Of a DNA stretch of 64,000 nucleotides, positions 28,099 to 42,708 are shown piece by piece. The stretch lies in contig OX597815.1 in assembly GCA_951406725.2 (NCBI GenBank), positions 70,308,001-70,372,000 on the forward strand. Reading direction: 5' to 3'. A program made the translations under genes and the position numbers. Source of the stretch: Octopus vulgaris. Its lineage: Eukaryota. Under the pieces are notes generated by a model that was given only the letters and a program-made list of their open reading frames with translations, was not told the origin of the DNA and made no database searches. How positions within the stretch are numbered: the stretch's first letter is position 1; each line of letters opens with the position of its first letter.

Positions 28099-28159
28099 GA
28101 TAACTGACGAGATGCCGGAGCAGTTTTCAGCCCCGACATCCGAAACTCGGAGTCTTATT
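28099..28159 (+). ncRNA. Type I hammerhead in a pLTR relic (28044-28262)
   Basis: GATAA-CTGACGA-GATG...CATC-C-GAA-ACTC g GAGT-C-TTATT. The tail ttcctctatttac.taatat.gaggtctc is shared with the PLE at 43730-43790. Short inverted repeat 28044-28074 / 28157-28187. Confidence 0.8.
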
Positions 28160-28314
28160 ATGGCAACAGAATAATTGTCACATATTACAATTCAGATAAG
28201 TTCCTCTATTTACGTAATATCGAGGTCTCATTCGTTCTTTTGTTGTCATACCATTACTGTTAATATATATACGTACATACATACATACACACATACATAC
28301 ATACACACACACAT

Positions 28315-28354
<40 letters not shown>

Positions 28355-28898
28355 ACATACATACACATACATACACATACACACATATACACACACACAT
28401 ACACATATACATACACACACGCATACAAATACATACATGCATACACATACACACACATACACACATGCACACACACACATATATACACATATAAACACAC
28501 ATATAAGCCTCTACATTGTACACACACGCACATATATATACATACATTCACTCGCACGCACGTACACACACACACGCACACACATACACGTACATACATA
28601 CACTCTCACACAAATGAACCCACACATACATCCCTACACACACACACGCACGTACAAGCACACACGCACACACGCACTAGGTTAAGCAGTTACTCGCCAC
28701 ACACCCACACTCTACGCATACACACACGAACACACACATGCACACACACACACTACAAACAACACACACACATGATACATATAGCCCTTTGTTTTTTGAC
28801 CTGGCTTTGACCTGGCACAAAAAAATGTAACACAAACTGTTCGTGCTTGTTTTACCCCTCTGCGAGGTTATTTTATTTTAATTCTCTCGCAGGAAGGC

Positions 28899-28970
28899 CT
28901 AGTATTGACGAGTCGTGTCCTGTCTTGCCTTCGAAACACGCTAAGTCTACTAGCGACAGCTGATGAAGGT
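28899..28970 (+). ncRNA. Hammerhead-like motif with two core boxes
   Basis: CTAGTA-TTGACGA...CTGTC..CCTTC-GAAAC..GTC-TACTAG-c-GACAG-CTGATGA-AGG. Confidence 0.55.
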
Positions 28971-29915
28971 TATTTTTTCCTTGTGTAATATGTCCTGTAC
29001 CTTGTTTTTCTGCTGTAAATAATGTTTTTCCCGTTTTCGTTCTCGTCCTGTTCCACGTCTCTGTCTTTCTGTTGTAAAAAAATGGCTTTTCCGTTTTCGT
29101 TTCTGTTGAGTTCTACGTCTATTTATATATGCATGTATATATACATGTAGATGTAGGTACGTACATATATGTTTGTATGTATGCATATATTTTATTTATT
29201 ACACTATATATATATATATATGTATATATAACCTAGGTGACTTTATTGCACTTTGTTTCACTTATCCACTTGGCTTTCGTGGACGAGTCAAGAGGTGAAG
29301 CACATTCGGTGCCAAGAGTATAGTTACGCTTAGAATTGGCGAAGTTCCGACCACTTGAAGTGCCAGGGTGTCTGAAAGGGAAGAGGTTGTCATTTAGGGA
29401 TATCAAATTTGTTGCTTAATTTAGAAAATTCTTCTGACACATCCATATTTATAACTGTTGTATTTAAATCTGCAAAGCTCCTGCATATGGTTTCTGACCA
29501 TTTTATTCGATCTTTTGATTAAATGCATTCTGTTTTTTCTTCTTTTTTTTCTTTTTGTTTTTTTTGTATTTAACTCAGTTACAATTATTAGCACGCCGGT
29601 CTAACTTCAAATTCCGCCGAGGTTGACTTTACCCTTCATCCTTTGTGGGGTCGATAAAATAAGTGCCAGTTAAGTACTGAGATCATGTAATAGACTTATC
29701 CCATCCACTGAAATTGCTTGCCTTGTGCCTATAATAGAAAGAATCATCATCATCAACTGCATCATCATCATCATCATCATCATTATAGTACCATCATAGT
29801 GACACTGAGATACAAATATACGAAGCCCAATATACACATCATGACGACACGTATGATAGGGGTACACCACCACCACCAGCAACATCACCACCACCAATAT
29901 CACCACCACCTCCAC

Positions 29916-29969
<54 letters not shown>

Positions 29970-30703
29970 CATCATCGTCGTCGTCATCATCATCATCATT
30001 TTGCTCGACTCGTATAAAATATAGCTTCTAATAATTTGGTTTTGTTGCTAACTCTTGGTCCTTTATTTACGGACTTTCTGACAATTTGTCGGATGTCTTC
30101 CATTTGCAAGTCTGATATTAATATATGCCGGAATATGCCTGTAAATTTTCAAAAACGACGATGTGAAGTCAGCACATCGAATTGGCAGCCTTCTTAGTAT
30201 TAATAAAGCACCGCGTGATATTTCTTTACCCTCTGAGTTCATATCCCGCCGAGGTGACCACTGTTTTCTCCACAATTTCGGAGTCGATAAAATAAGTATC
30301 AATCCAGGAAGGTTGATTAGCGAAACAGTAAGGACATCGAACCGAACGTATGTGGCATGAGTCCAGTTTTTGCGTTCTAAATTCAAATCCTACCTTCGCC
30401 TATTTTGAATGCTCGACTTAATCCGCACTCGATTTAACATCACTGTTACTACAACAACAATAACATTTTCAAACAAATCTTTCGTAATTTTTTCTCTCCA
30501 ACTAGGTTAAATGGAAGATGTTCGATAAAGCAGTCCTATGTTTTAAAATATCATTTTGTTACGGTTCCAGAATAGAAATTGGTTATGTGGTATACCCCTT
30601 ATACTGTGTATCAACAAACTGTATATTAGCTTTCGTGATGTTAATGGGTACTAGGAATAAAGTCGTACGCTAAGATCTGAGAAGGGGAGGCTGAGAAGAT
30701 GGA

Positions 30704-30735
<32 letters not shown>

Positions 30736-30772
30736 CACACTAGCATATATATGCGAGTGTGCGTATAGACAC

Positions 30773-31350
30773 AGGCGTGGGTGTGTTAAGCAGTTTCCTA
30801 CCCAATCACGAGAGAAAGCCTTGTGAGTGGATTTGGTAGATAGAACCTGAAAGCCCGTTGCATATGCATATATAGATGTCTATGTATACATACATATACA
30901 TATACACACACACACACATATATATATACATATTTATAGATGTATGTATATATACACATATATATATATATATACACACATACATAAATATATAAATAAT
31001 ATATATGCATATATATGTATGTGTGTATGTGTGTGTATATGTATGTATAAACATCTATGTGTGTGTGTGTGTGTACGTGTGTATGTGTGCGTTTGTGTCA
31101 GTGTGTGTGTGCGTGTGTGTGTGTTTATATCAGTGTGTTTGTCTTCGTGTTTGTGTTTTCCCCCACCATCGCTTGACAACCCGTGTTCGTTTGTTTATGT
31201 CCCCCGTAGCTTATTTGGTCGGCAAAATAGACCTATAGAATAAAGTACCAGCCTTACAATAAAATAAGTATTGCAGCTGCTTTGTTCGACTAAATCCTTC
31301 AAGGCGTTGCCCCAGCATGGCTGCAGACCAATGACTGAAACATATAAAAG
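30773..31350 (+). mobile_element. SINE family A copy
   Basis: ccttgtgagtggatttggtaga / ccatcgcttgacaacc / ccagcatggctgcag..atgactgaaac. Confidence 0.75.
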
Positions 31351-31393
31351 AAAAGTAAAAATAATGCTGGATGGACAAATATACGCATATATA

Positions 31394-31900
31394 TCGTAAA
31401 TCCTCGAGTATAGTCCGCCCTTAAGTATAATACGCAGGGGAATTTTAGGGGGCTGTACCTCTGAAAAACTTAAACCTTGTGTATAATACGTACCCCTTTT
31501 CTAACTTGAGTCAAGAAGGTCTATTATAACGCCCTTGGTTTGTAAAAATGTATACGGTAATGTCTATTATTATTGTATATATGACATAATGCAAACGTGT
31601 AGCTTTTTTTGTGCATTTTGCTTGCAAAAATAAAGAAATAACAGTAATAATATTTAATAAATGTTGCTTACTGCAAGTTATGGATGATTCTTTTATGACT
31701 TCATTGCTTTCAGGCTTAGCTTAAGGTATTTTCGCGCCCAACAACACAAAATACTCTCTGAATAAACATTGCCGGACAGCAGAGACTCGGACATTGCTTA
31801 GAAAATATTTTTCATTTTTAATCTCGTATATAGTACGCACTAGGGATTTTGACCATTACATTTTGGGGAAAAAATGCGGATTATACTCGAGGATTTACGG
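31394..31900. mobile_element. Tc1/mariner/pogo-type MITE
   Basis: TIR (t/c)cgtaaatcctcgagtata(g/a)tccgc at both ends, flanked by TA. Confidence 0.85.
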
Positions 31901-32534
31901 TATATGTATGTCATTTACAAGAAGACATTTCGGACAGAAAATGAACAGGTCTTCCGACCTCACACTTACGCATTCTGACGTCTTGGTTACTGAGTATATT
32001 AGACATATCCTCGTTAATCGTCATATCAAAATTAAGCTTGCAAAAATATCTATCAATTCTAGTTCGATATATATTACTAGGGAAATAATAATCACCACAA
32101 TCGACGAAGAAAGTTAGTTTTGTACTATTTTAAATCAGTAGATTATCGGCGATGGGGGTCAATATCAAGGAACACTGTTTGAATGGGGGTGATTCAATGG
32201 AAGGAATATTGGGAGACTAGACCCCACTTCACTGCATACATCTCCTCTCTGAAATGCATGCATATAGCTACCATGTAGCTGATGCGATGGACTGAAATAG
32301 GGTGGTAGTGAAAAATTGTGTGTATGTGTATGTGTGTGTGTGTATGTGTGTGTGCGTATGTTGTTTTGTGTGAGTGTCTGTGTGTGGTATTTGTGTGTGT
32401 AGTTTTGTGTGTGTGGGTGGGATGGGGGCTGTGATAACGACGGTTAGGGTTTTTTTTTTCTAGAAATAGAATGTTTACATTAGAAACGTAAGAAATGTAT
32501 AGAAAAATTAGTCACATTTAGGTGGGTGGCGTGC

Positions 32535-32582
<48 letters not shown>

Positions 32583-33119
32583 GTGTGCGTGTGTGTGTGT
32601 GCGCGTGTGTGACATACACAAACGCATATGTATGGATGTAAGTATGTATATATATGGTTATAGTGTCAGAACAAGGCTAACAAGCTGAAACTTCGAAGTC
32701 ACAGTCAACCTTTTCCCTGTAAAAATTTCAACAAACATTTGCTCCACTAAAAAGTATCGAGTAATCATTCAGTTTAATGTTAGATATGACTTGACAAGGA
32801 AACAATGTGTGTGTATGTGTGTGTGTGTGTGTGTTATATCAAATGTTGACAATCTTCTCAAGAGTTTCGTTTAGGTCACATATGTTTGTTATGGAAAAAC
32901 TCAGTGCAGACATAACCTTTGATATAATAAACATATCGATCCACCTACTCAGTGTATTAAGTTCTATATCAGATAATGTTTGAACTACGTGAAATATATT
33001 TGAAATACTTTGCAACCCTTGCATTTCGATATACATACATACATACTCTCTTTTTCTCACGCGCACACACATTTGCATACATAACAATTAATAAATGACA
33101 AAAGAACAGGAGTTACATT

Positions 33120-33326
33120 ATCACTTTCATTAGCTCACAGCAGCTTCTGCTTTAAGAAGTCCACTCAGAGTTAAGTGCTTGTGCAACAGTCTATAGCTTT
33201 CTCAGAGACATTAAATTGAAGACTTCGTTTTAATGGCTCTGAGGAAGACATAGGATGTTGCACATGCACTCAGCTCTGAGTGCACTATTTCTTATAGCAG
33301 AAAAGCCGTAAGCTAGTGAAGGTGAT
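33120..33326. mobile_element. Inverted pair of decayed HHR-bearing pLTRs (family also at ~27610-27690 and 55233-55313)
   Basis: + copy GGCT-CTGAGGA...ctgagtgca...ttatagca-GAAA.GCC-GTA-AGCT (33235-33314); inverted copy at 33120-33215. Confidence 0.55.
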
Positions 33327-33474
33327 TACCAGACTGTTGTTTTTCTTCTTAATTGATATGCACCATTGTTTTACTCTTAGTTGAAAATGTCGAAAAGACA
33401 TAAACCAGTACTAACCATTACAAAGTGTATTTCATGATAAAATTATTTTAGCATTTTCTACCTTGTCTTATTTT

Positions 33475-33516
<42 letters not shown>

Positions 33517-33714
33517 AAATCAAACCAACAAACCAAGTAATTATATTTTGAATGCATTTAATTTCAACTCTGACACAAAATCTTCCTCAGTTAAGAAATA
33601 TCAGAATAGTTTGATTTGCCATAACTGAGGAAGAATTTGCGTGAGTGATTAAACTCCCTTCTCATTTATTGCGCAATTATCTGAAACGTGTGTGCAAAAT
33701 TCAATCAAAATATC

Positions 33715-34060
33715 GTTACTTGCTTACCAACTACATGGTTTCAGGTTTAGTCCCACTGCGTGGCACCTTGGGCAAGTGTTTTCTACTGTAGCCTCGGGTC
33801 GACCAAAGTCTTGTGAGTGGATTTGGTAGACGGAAACTGAAAGAAGTCGTGTGTGTGTGTGTGTTTGTCCCCGCCCCCACCATCACTTGACAACCGATGC
33901 TGGTGTTTACGTCCCTGTAATTTAGCTGTTCGGCAAAAAAACTGATAAAATAAGTGCTAGTCTTACAAAGAATAAATCCTGGGATCGATTTCTTCCACTA
34001 AAGGCGGTGCTCCAGCATGGCCGCAGTCAAATGACTGAAACAAATAAAAGAGTAAAAGGA
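33715..34060 (+). mobile_element. SINE family A copy
   Basis: High similarity to 20632-21080. Confidence 0.85.
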
Positions 34061-34068
34061 TACGAACA

Positions 34069-34465
34069 AGGCGGCGAGCTGGCAGAATCGTTAGCACGCC
34101 GGGCGAAATGCTTAGCGGTATTTCGTCTGCCGCTACGTTCTGAGTTCAAATTCCGCCGAGGTCGACTTTGCCTTTCATCATTTCGGGGTCGATTAAATAA
34201 GTACTAGTTACGCACTGGGTTCGATGTAATCGACTTAATCTGTTTGTCTGTCCTTGTTTGTCCCCTCTGTGTGTAGCCCCTTGTGAGTAGTAAAGAAATA
34301 AGTATTTCGCTTGCCGCTACGTTGTGAGTTCAAATTCCGCCGAGGTCGACTTTGCTTTTCATCCTTTCGGGGTCGATAAATTAAGAACCAATCAAGTACT
34401 GCGGTCGATGTAATCAACTAGTCCCCTGTCCACAAATTCCAGGCCTTGCGCCTATAGTAGAAGAG
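34069..34465 (+). mobile_element. SINE family B, full copy plus tandem partial copy (Nin/Deu-like central core, inferred)
   Basis: ggcggcgagctggcagaatcgttagcacgccgggcg head, B-box gagttcaaattcc, core gcctttcatc.tttcggggtcgat.aa.taagtac. Confidence 0.85.
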
Positions 34466-34899
34466 ATTATTATAGATATTCGACTTTATGCCAGAACAAT
34501 CTACCTAGGCGTAACTCCCTACACGAATGCTATAACTAGCACTTGGAATGATTTGTTCTATTGGACTTGACTCGGAGATTCTGGTAACGTATATCGCTCA
34601 CCCGCTTTACTCGCTCAATTTGGATCTTTATTCGCATTTGTAGCAACTCTTGTCGCTAACAGTGATCTATAATGAAACTATCAGACTATCTAATTTTCTC
34701 GTAAGTCGTGATATGGGGAGAAGTGTGAAATTTTGATGCCAATCAATTGTTATTGTTCCTTAGCGTACACTGACCAGTGTTTGCTCTCTATACCTACCAC
34801 GGACTACTTGAAGCTTATAAACTTCCTACACTTAGATTCGTGGACCTTACCCTTATATATCAATATGCGCGCGCGCGCGCGCGCGCGTGTGTGTATGAG

Positions 34900-35185
34900 T
34901 GAAGGCGCATGGCTCAGTGGTTAGAGCGTCGGGCTCACAATCATGAGCTAGTGAGTTCGATTCCTGGACCGGTTGTGTTATGTTCTTGAGCAAGACACTT
35001 TATTTCTCTAGTTCACTCAGCTGTAGAAATGAGCCGCGGCGTCACTGGTGCCAAGCTGTATCGGCATTTTGCCTTTCCCTTGAATAACATCGCTGGCGCG
35101 AAGAGGGGAGGCTGACATGCATGCGCGACAGCTGGTCTTCCACAAACGATCTTGCCTGGGCTTGTGCCTTTGAAGGGAAATTTAG
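34900..35185 (+). mobile_element. tRNA-derived SINE family C
   Basis: tggctcagtggttagagcg (A box), gagttcgattcc (B box), ttgagcaagacact body. Confidence 0.75.
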
Positions 35186-37241
35186 CCTTTATGTATGTAT
35201 GCTTAGACCTGTTTATGACTATTTGTAAATATTTGCGCACACACGCGGACGCGTCAGCTACTTCACATCCCACTACTTCTGACATACTTCATTACCGTGT
35301 TGTACCATCTCCACACACTTTCATGACTTATCCCACTGCTATACCAATGGTTCCTCACGTGCATACACGAGCGCACACATTCACTCACACATGTACATAG
35401 ATTCAAAAAATATGCATACAACATATGCATTCACATAGTAGCACTTGTGTATACACCTGATTTTGTAAAATTATCTGACCTACTTTTATACACATACATA
35501 TGCATATACACGCACACCTATATACAAGAATATACATAGAAACATGCACACGTACTCGCTCCTACACGCAACCACACTCGCGTAGGGATGCACATAGACG
35601 CACACATTCACACACATACACAGAAACAACAATCAAACAATCACACACATACGCATGCACGCACGCACACATACACACCCACACGCACACACATACATAA
35701 CGGCACATGCATACAGGAAAATGTATTGACATATATAATCGTCTGCACCACACACACGCAAACACCTACACTAACACACATGCACATTTCATATACACTT
35801 CATCTCTATTTTTATCTCCTGTACCCCCCTCTCTCTCTCTCCCTCTCTTTCCCTCTCTCCTTCTTTATCACTCTCTTCCTCTCGCTCTACCCTTCTCTCT
35901 CTTTCTCTGCCTCTCTCTCATTCTACTTTTACTTTTGCACATCTCAATTCCATCATTTCTTCTTCTTCTTCTTCTTCTTCTTCTTCTTCTTCTTCTTCTT
36001 CTTCTCCTCCTCCTCCTCCTCCTCCTCCTTTTCTTTTCTTCTCCTCCTCCTCCTCCTCATTCCCCCGTCCCCTTCCCTTCTTTCTTCCGTTTCATCTTCT
36101 TCCTACCTTTCCTTCTTCCTCCTCACTCTTTCCACCTTCCTACTTTCTCATTCTACACTCCTCACTTCCGCTATAGAGGACCAATCTTATTAACATTATT
36201 AAACCCCGCGGGCGCAGTAATGCTCTTGGGGCTCTACTTACACAACCACAGCATACATAGATTAACATTGGGCCCATAGACCCATAGGGAACACTGAGCA
36301 AACTTCCTGTGTGCCATCCCTGAAGACAGAACTGACCCGATCTATCACATTTACAAAAGTTACTCATATAATACGACGCGCTTCCCTCACCGCTACAAAT
36401 CTTTGTCGTACTATTATCGTTGCTGTAGCTGCTTTGTGTCTGTCTTTATGTGTTCTTGTGCAGTACATTGGGTGTCTCCTACTATAGCTTGGAGCCGACC
36501 AATGCCTTGTGAGTGAATTTAGTTGTAGGAAACAGTGGGGAAGCCCGCCATATACATATGCGTGTGTTTATGTGTGTGTTTGTGTGTGTGATTTTCTAGT
36601 AATCCCCACACCCACCCACACACACTCCTCTTGACAATAAATATTGGTTTGCTTATGTTCCTGTAACTGAGCGGTCCTGCTAAAGAGAAAGACAAAATAG
36701 GTACCAGACTTCAAAAATAAGTACTGGGGGAGATTTTTTCGACTAAACCTTTCAAGTCGATACCCCAGTTTAGCCGCAGTCCAATGACTGAAACAATTAA
36801 AATATAAGCGATAAAAGATATGTATGCAATAACAACCATATTTAACACGTTCGTATACACTCGGAAGTGTGAAGACCTTTTACTGTGGAAATACTCTGTA
36901 GAAAAGTTTTCACATAGACAATATTAGTGAAAAATATGATTGGGCTACGAATGACATCATCGATTGGATCGTTGGTCGATTGTGTTTCTGCTTCGTTACG
37001 CTTGATCATCTACGAATACCGAATCAGTTTTCCAAAGCCCAATGATCTGTTCTGATGCTTATTGTCCATGACGAAATTTTCTCGTGAGACTTTTTTCTCA
37101 GTGAACAAATCTTTTTACGTTGAAGTGTGCACGAACATGTTAAGTATGTATTTCATTCAACCTTGCTTCGTACGATCCCTCTCTCTTTCTCTCTTTCTCT
37201 GTATATGTATGTATGTATGTATGCATGTCTATGTGTGTGTG

Positions 37242-37301
<60 letters not shown>

Positions 37302-37355
37302 CGCGCGCGTGTGTGTGTGTGTGTGTACGCACACACACACACACATAATATAATA

Positions 37356-37642
37356 TCACGTGACCGACCAGACTATCAGATGTTGTTACACATCGCTGGT
37401 CACAATGTGTTCGCATTGTTTTAGCCTTCGAATGACGCCACCCCGCTGACTAAGCGAGCAGGCCAACAGAAGAAAGAGTGGGAGAAAGAGTGGTGAAAGA
37501 GTGCAGGGATCACCCCCCCCCCCTGCCGGAGCGTCGTGGAGCTTTTAGGTGTTTTCGCTCAATAAACACACACAACGCCCGGTCTGGGAATCGAAACCGC
37601 GATCCTGCGACCGCGAGTCCGCTGCCCTAACCACTAGGCCAT
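37356..37642 (-). mobile_element. tRNA-derived SINE family D
   Basis: Minus strand tggcctagtggttagggcagcggac...ggtttcgattcccagacc; tRNA-like head without a 3' acceptor stem, followed by a unique body. Confidence 0.75.
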
Positions 37643-37717
37643 AATATAATATATTATATTATATTATTGTATAGTATATCTTGTGTGTACAGTGAGATAT
37701 ATGCTATTCAATGTAAG

Positions 37718-38068
37718 CAGTGGTTCTTAATCTGTGGCTTATCAGTAATTTCCAAAGGGGGAGCCAACCCTTGAGAAAAAGCAGGAATTTCTCTAATTAT
37801 ATTTGTTATTCTCTTAATGAGAGCATGGTCAAATAATGAGAAGTTTATGAACTAATGCAAAAGTATCGCCTTATACCTTTAGTTTTCTTATTCTACTATC
37901 TTAGCTTCGCTTACCTTTTTCTGTACTTATTGCTCCCCCACACACACACACACTTCATATCCCTCAAAACCCTCACTAATTCTGAATTATAGCTTTAACG
38001 TTTGCCTTTATTTGCTTTTTCTGTTGTTTTTTTTTTTGTTACAACAAGACTCGGGTTAAGAACCACTG
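37718..38068. mobile_element. hAT (Buster/Charlie-type) MITE
   Basis: TIR CAGTGGTTCTTAA / TTAAGAACCACTG, identical to the TIR at 40801-40813. Confidence 0.75.
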
Positions 38069-38929
38069 GTATAAAGCTTAGATATTATTATCGCGTAAAG
38101 TCTTTTTCAGTTATTAGATTATGAACAAGTTTGAGCCACAGTTTTCATATATATGAAATAATGTGATTCTTAAAAATCAAGAGACATGCTGAAACATAAT
38201 CAAATCATTATAGTAACATACTAGGAAATATTAACTTAATTTAAGAATTTGAAAACTATTTTTTAAATTTTAGCAAGATGAAAAATATGATATATTTAAA
38301 AATAGAAAATTAAACAAAATGTATGTAATAGGTTCTGCTATCGCTCAATTTTAATAGAGTCTCAAAAAAAAAATTAAAACACAGATTGGAAAAATTAAAA
38401 ATTTTAACAATAAAACCAACATTTTTAATTCTGTTGTGTCTGGGGAGGGTTATTTTCTTTTTGTGCCTTATAATGTAACACATTCACCGGTAAAATTTCC
38501 ACTTATTTCTTATTTTTATTCTCCTAAAAATTTTCGTTGCGTCTTGCAACCTTTTCAATTTTAATATTAAATGTTTATGTTAAAAATATACTAAATTTTT
38601 TGTACGAAAAAAAATAATATAAAGCCAAATATTAAACTAAAATTCAGATTTAAAACTTACAAAAAGTACTAGGTAAAATTAAAAGCTATGCAAAATCTTT
38701 CCTTTTTTAAAAAGAACTTCTTTTTCATATTTTCGTACAAATAAATAAAATATTTTATTGTACAAATTTTTCGTGTAACTTTTCTTTTAATTTAACTTTT
38801 ATTCCAAATTTTTTTGTTTTAATTTTTTTCAGAACTTTTCACTTCAAGCGTTCTAACTTTGACCTTGACATTACCTTACCTTATCTTTTGTTCACATATT
38901 TGTGTTGTCCACTGCACATCAAATAGTTC

Positions 38930-40813
38930 GCATGAGTTCGCAAAGAAACGGAACTATCTTAACGAATATATTCGATTTGAATTCGTGTTCCTCCAGAAGT
39001 GTGATACAGAAGTCCTCCACTGTGTGATATGTTACAAAACTTCGAGCAATGATGGAATGCGACTCTCACACTTGGAACGCCACTTGAGGACAACACATCC
39101 TGCTCTTGCAGACAAGCCCAAGGCATTCTTTGAAGCAAAAAGACATTCCTTGAAGCAAGCTATGTTGGACGGTAGTGGGTCATTTCGGCAACAAACTTCA
39201 ATGGCTGTTGAGGCTTCCTATGAGATCGCCATGTTGATTGCAAAGAGCATGAAGAGTCATAACATTGGAGAGTCTCTCATAAAACCAAATCTGGGGCAAG
39301 ATAGTGCAAACAAGCTTTCCCAGATTTCACTATCAAACGATACAGTCAAAGGAAGGATCGACGACTTGTCTCAAGACATCAAAGATCAAATTTTCGACCA
39401 AGTACGAGATTCGCCTGTTTTTGCCATCCAGTGTGACGAAACGACTGACATCGCTTTGTGTTCTCAGCTACTGGTATACGTTCGTTTTGTGTCAGGCAAC
39501 TGGGTAAAAGAGGAAATGTTCTGTCACCCTATGGATTGTTGGATAACAGTAGCAGCTATTTTTTGCGATGTATCAAACTTCTTTCAGAAAAACCAACTTC
39601 CGTGCGGTTCGCTGGTAGGGGTACGCACTGATTGAGCTCCAGCCATGCTTGGTTCGCAGTCTGGATTCATTACAAGGGTGAAAGAAAAAACCTATTTGTT
39701 GTAGGTACACATTGCATACTTCATCTTCAAACCTTACCTACTGAAATGAGAAATATTCTGAACGTAGCTATTAAGGTTGTCAACTTTGTTAAAGGTGGAG
39801 CCTTAAACAGTCGTCTTTTCAAACTGCTATGTAAAGATATAGAATCTGAACACGAAGCATTGTTTTTTCACACGAACGTACGATGACTATCAAAGGGGAA
39901 CATGCTTGGAAGGCTTTATGAACTACGAGAAGTAGCAATATTTCTAGGTTTGCAGCAGAAAGCAGATCTCCATGACAAGTTCCAGTCTGAAGGCTATCAG
40001 CTATCTCTAGCTTACCTGGTGAACGTCTTCGAAGCGTTGAATGCTCTCGGCCTTAAACTAGAAGGGGAAAACATCAACATTCTCATGCACCACTACACCA
40101 TTCGAACCTTCATGGCCAAACTCGACCTCTGGAAATGTCGAATTCAGTAGGGAAATGCAGCTAGTTTTAGTTACTTGGATTCTGCTCTCATTCACGGTAA
40201 CCTTGATTCTGAGTTAATGAAAACAATAATCACTCATCTGACTTGAAAGCTTAGAAATTCATTAGGAACCCATTTCAGTGTGAAGTGACTGATTTTTGGA
40301 TGAAGTGCAAGAGGAGTTTCTTGAACTGAAGTTCAACTTCCCAGATAAAGAAGACTTCAAAGAACTGGAACTTGAAACGTTCTGGATCAAGTACCTTTCT
40401 GTTTAGCCTCTGATCTCACACCAGGCTCTTCGGATTTTAGCTGTTTGGATCCACGTATCTTTGTGAAGCTGCATTTTCCACGCTCTTTGCTGTCAAGACC
40501 AAGTACAGAAACATGCTGAACGTTGAAAGGGACTTACGTTGCGCACTCTCTGGCATTCAACCACGGATTCAAGATCTTAAAGCTAAGAAGCAGTGTCAAG
40601 TACCTTACTTTTTGTATAATGTGATTATATATAAAATTATACATATTTTGTATAATGTAACTAATTCATATTTAATAAAAAGACTAAGAACATATTTTAG
40701 ATTTTATTTAAAACCTGGGCGGGAATTTTATTCAGAGATGCAAGAGTGGGGGACGTGGAGAGAAGGACAAATTCTTAGGGGAGGCGTGGTAGTAAAATGG
40801 TTAAGAACCACTG
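38930..40813 (+). pseudogene. hAT Buster/Charlie (ZBED8/SCAND3-like) transposase, disrupted, with 3' TIR
   Basis: BED finger CVIC..L.RHL.T.H, SLSNDTVK.RI, FAIQCDETTD, HCILH, HT.VR*LS.G, STYLCE.AFS; TIR 40801-40813 followed by atttagag. Confidence 0.9.
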
Positions 40814-40941
40814 ATTTAGAGCTGATGTAGATTATCATCATCCAGTCTGCTTTCCACACAGTGTTTTAGCTGCTGCTACTATATTATCTAGTAGTATACT
40901 AGTTCTGATATACAAATCATATTTTTTCATGTGTGTGTATG

Positions 40942-41032
<91 letters not shown>

Positions 41033-42086
41033 CTGTAAAGTAACAGTTTTAGGGAAAAACCATTGGTTTCATATCTACTGTGAACTAGACATATCTTCAG
41101 TTTCTCTAAACGATAACTGTTCTCTGCAAAGAATATATTTTTTAAAACACAAGAACGCCGGTGATAGTTGAAGACATATTCCTCCGAAAAAATTATGGCC
41201 GGGCGAGTTGTTTTCCTTCGCTTGATAGCTAGGTTTTCCAATTTTGAAGTAAAAATTTCCGAAAATGTGGACAACTCCCCACAGCTTCCGTCCTGGAGTT
41301 CAGGTAGCTTCCTGGCTCATGTGAGTTCATAAGAATTATATATTTTTCTGTCATACACAATTTACATATGTCTAGTTCATGCTAGATATTAAAGCAATGG
41401 GTTTTTTTTCCTAAAACTTACTTTACACATACAGAAATAAACAACTGGTCTATATTTTATAGGGAATGCTCTTTTCTGATTTATGATCTTATAACGAAGA
41501 TGAGAATTTGCCTACTAAATTATTTTATTTACTAAAAAAATTAGAAACCTATAAGTATAACCGTAAAAACGAGGTAAAAGTTTTTATTTTTTCATTCCCT
41601 TTGAAATTGCTTAAATTTTGTGGTTTTCGGCCATTTTGACTGTCACCTAGCGTGTAGAAATTGCCTGTTATAGGCAATTTCTCTTGTTTTTAAGTGTACA
41701 CTATTTTATATTGAATAATATGTCGTCTATTGACTTTTTATACATGCTAGGCCAATGATAGTGAAATTTATAAAAAAATTGCTATCCTATGAGGCAGATG
41801 AGGGCAGCTGCATCGAACTCTCTCATGCACCAAATAGCAGTTGCTAGAAAGCCCCCATGAAGTGAAACCAAGTAGCAACACCAAATGGCGGTGCCCCAGC
41901 ATGGCCACAGCTCATAAGCTGAAACTAGAATCAATCAATCAATCAATCAATCTATATATATATATACATATATATGTATATATATGTTTCAACATGTGAT
42001 CTCTTTCAACATGTGATCTCTTGAGCACCACCAGCAAAAATATTTTTTTCCTCTGTCTTCCCTTCTCGGGATCTTTCCTTCTTCTT

Positions 42087-42121
42087 GTTTCCGACGAAGA
42101 GCTCCGCTCGAAACGTTAAAC
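42087..42121 (+). ncRNA. Minimal hammerhead motif (CCGACGA core)
   Basis: Identical to 7414-7448, within the short element 41990-42222 flanked by (TA)n. Confidence 0.75.
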
Positions 42122-42223
42122 CCTTCTTCCCTTCTTTCCTGAGCGTCAAATAATACTTTAATTGTTCCACGTCCTCGCGTTGCTGTTTTTTTCTGCGTTT
42201 TCTTGTTTGGATTAACTTTAACT

Positions 42224-42340
<117 letters not shown>

Positions 42341-42708
42341 ATGTTACATTACTCGGTAGTCAAGATAAAACTCTGAGTTTCAGATGCCGAAGTGGAAATC
42401 CACAACACCATCTCTTCGGTTATCTGGCTATTTGAAAACGTTATGAAAAAATACCGTTAAAAATGAAGGGAAATTACTCTGTTATAACTCTGCTTTGCCT
42501 GCGTACTTATACATCGCTCGCATTTTTCGTCATAAAAATTATATAAAAATACATAAAAATATATAAAAATATATAAAAATATATAAAATCTTCTTGGGAC
42601 ATAACACAGAAAGCATGTTCTATCCGTTTTCTTTAGGGGACCAAAAACGTAACAGAAATTGATTATGTTTTTAAAATTGGTAGTTGAACTAAAACTAATT
42701 TTTAAATT

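Noticed and set aside
37570-37642. tRNA gene (also 34900-34970)
   Set aside because: A/B boxes are present but there is no closed acceptor stem, and the sequence continues into a SINE body.
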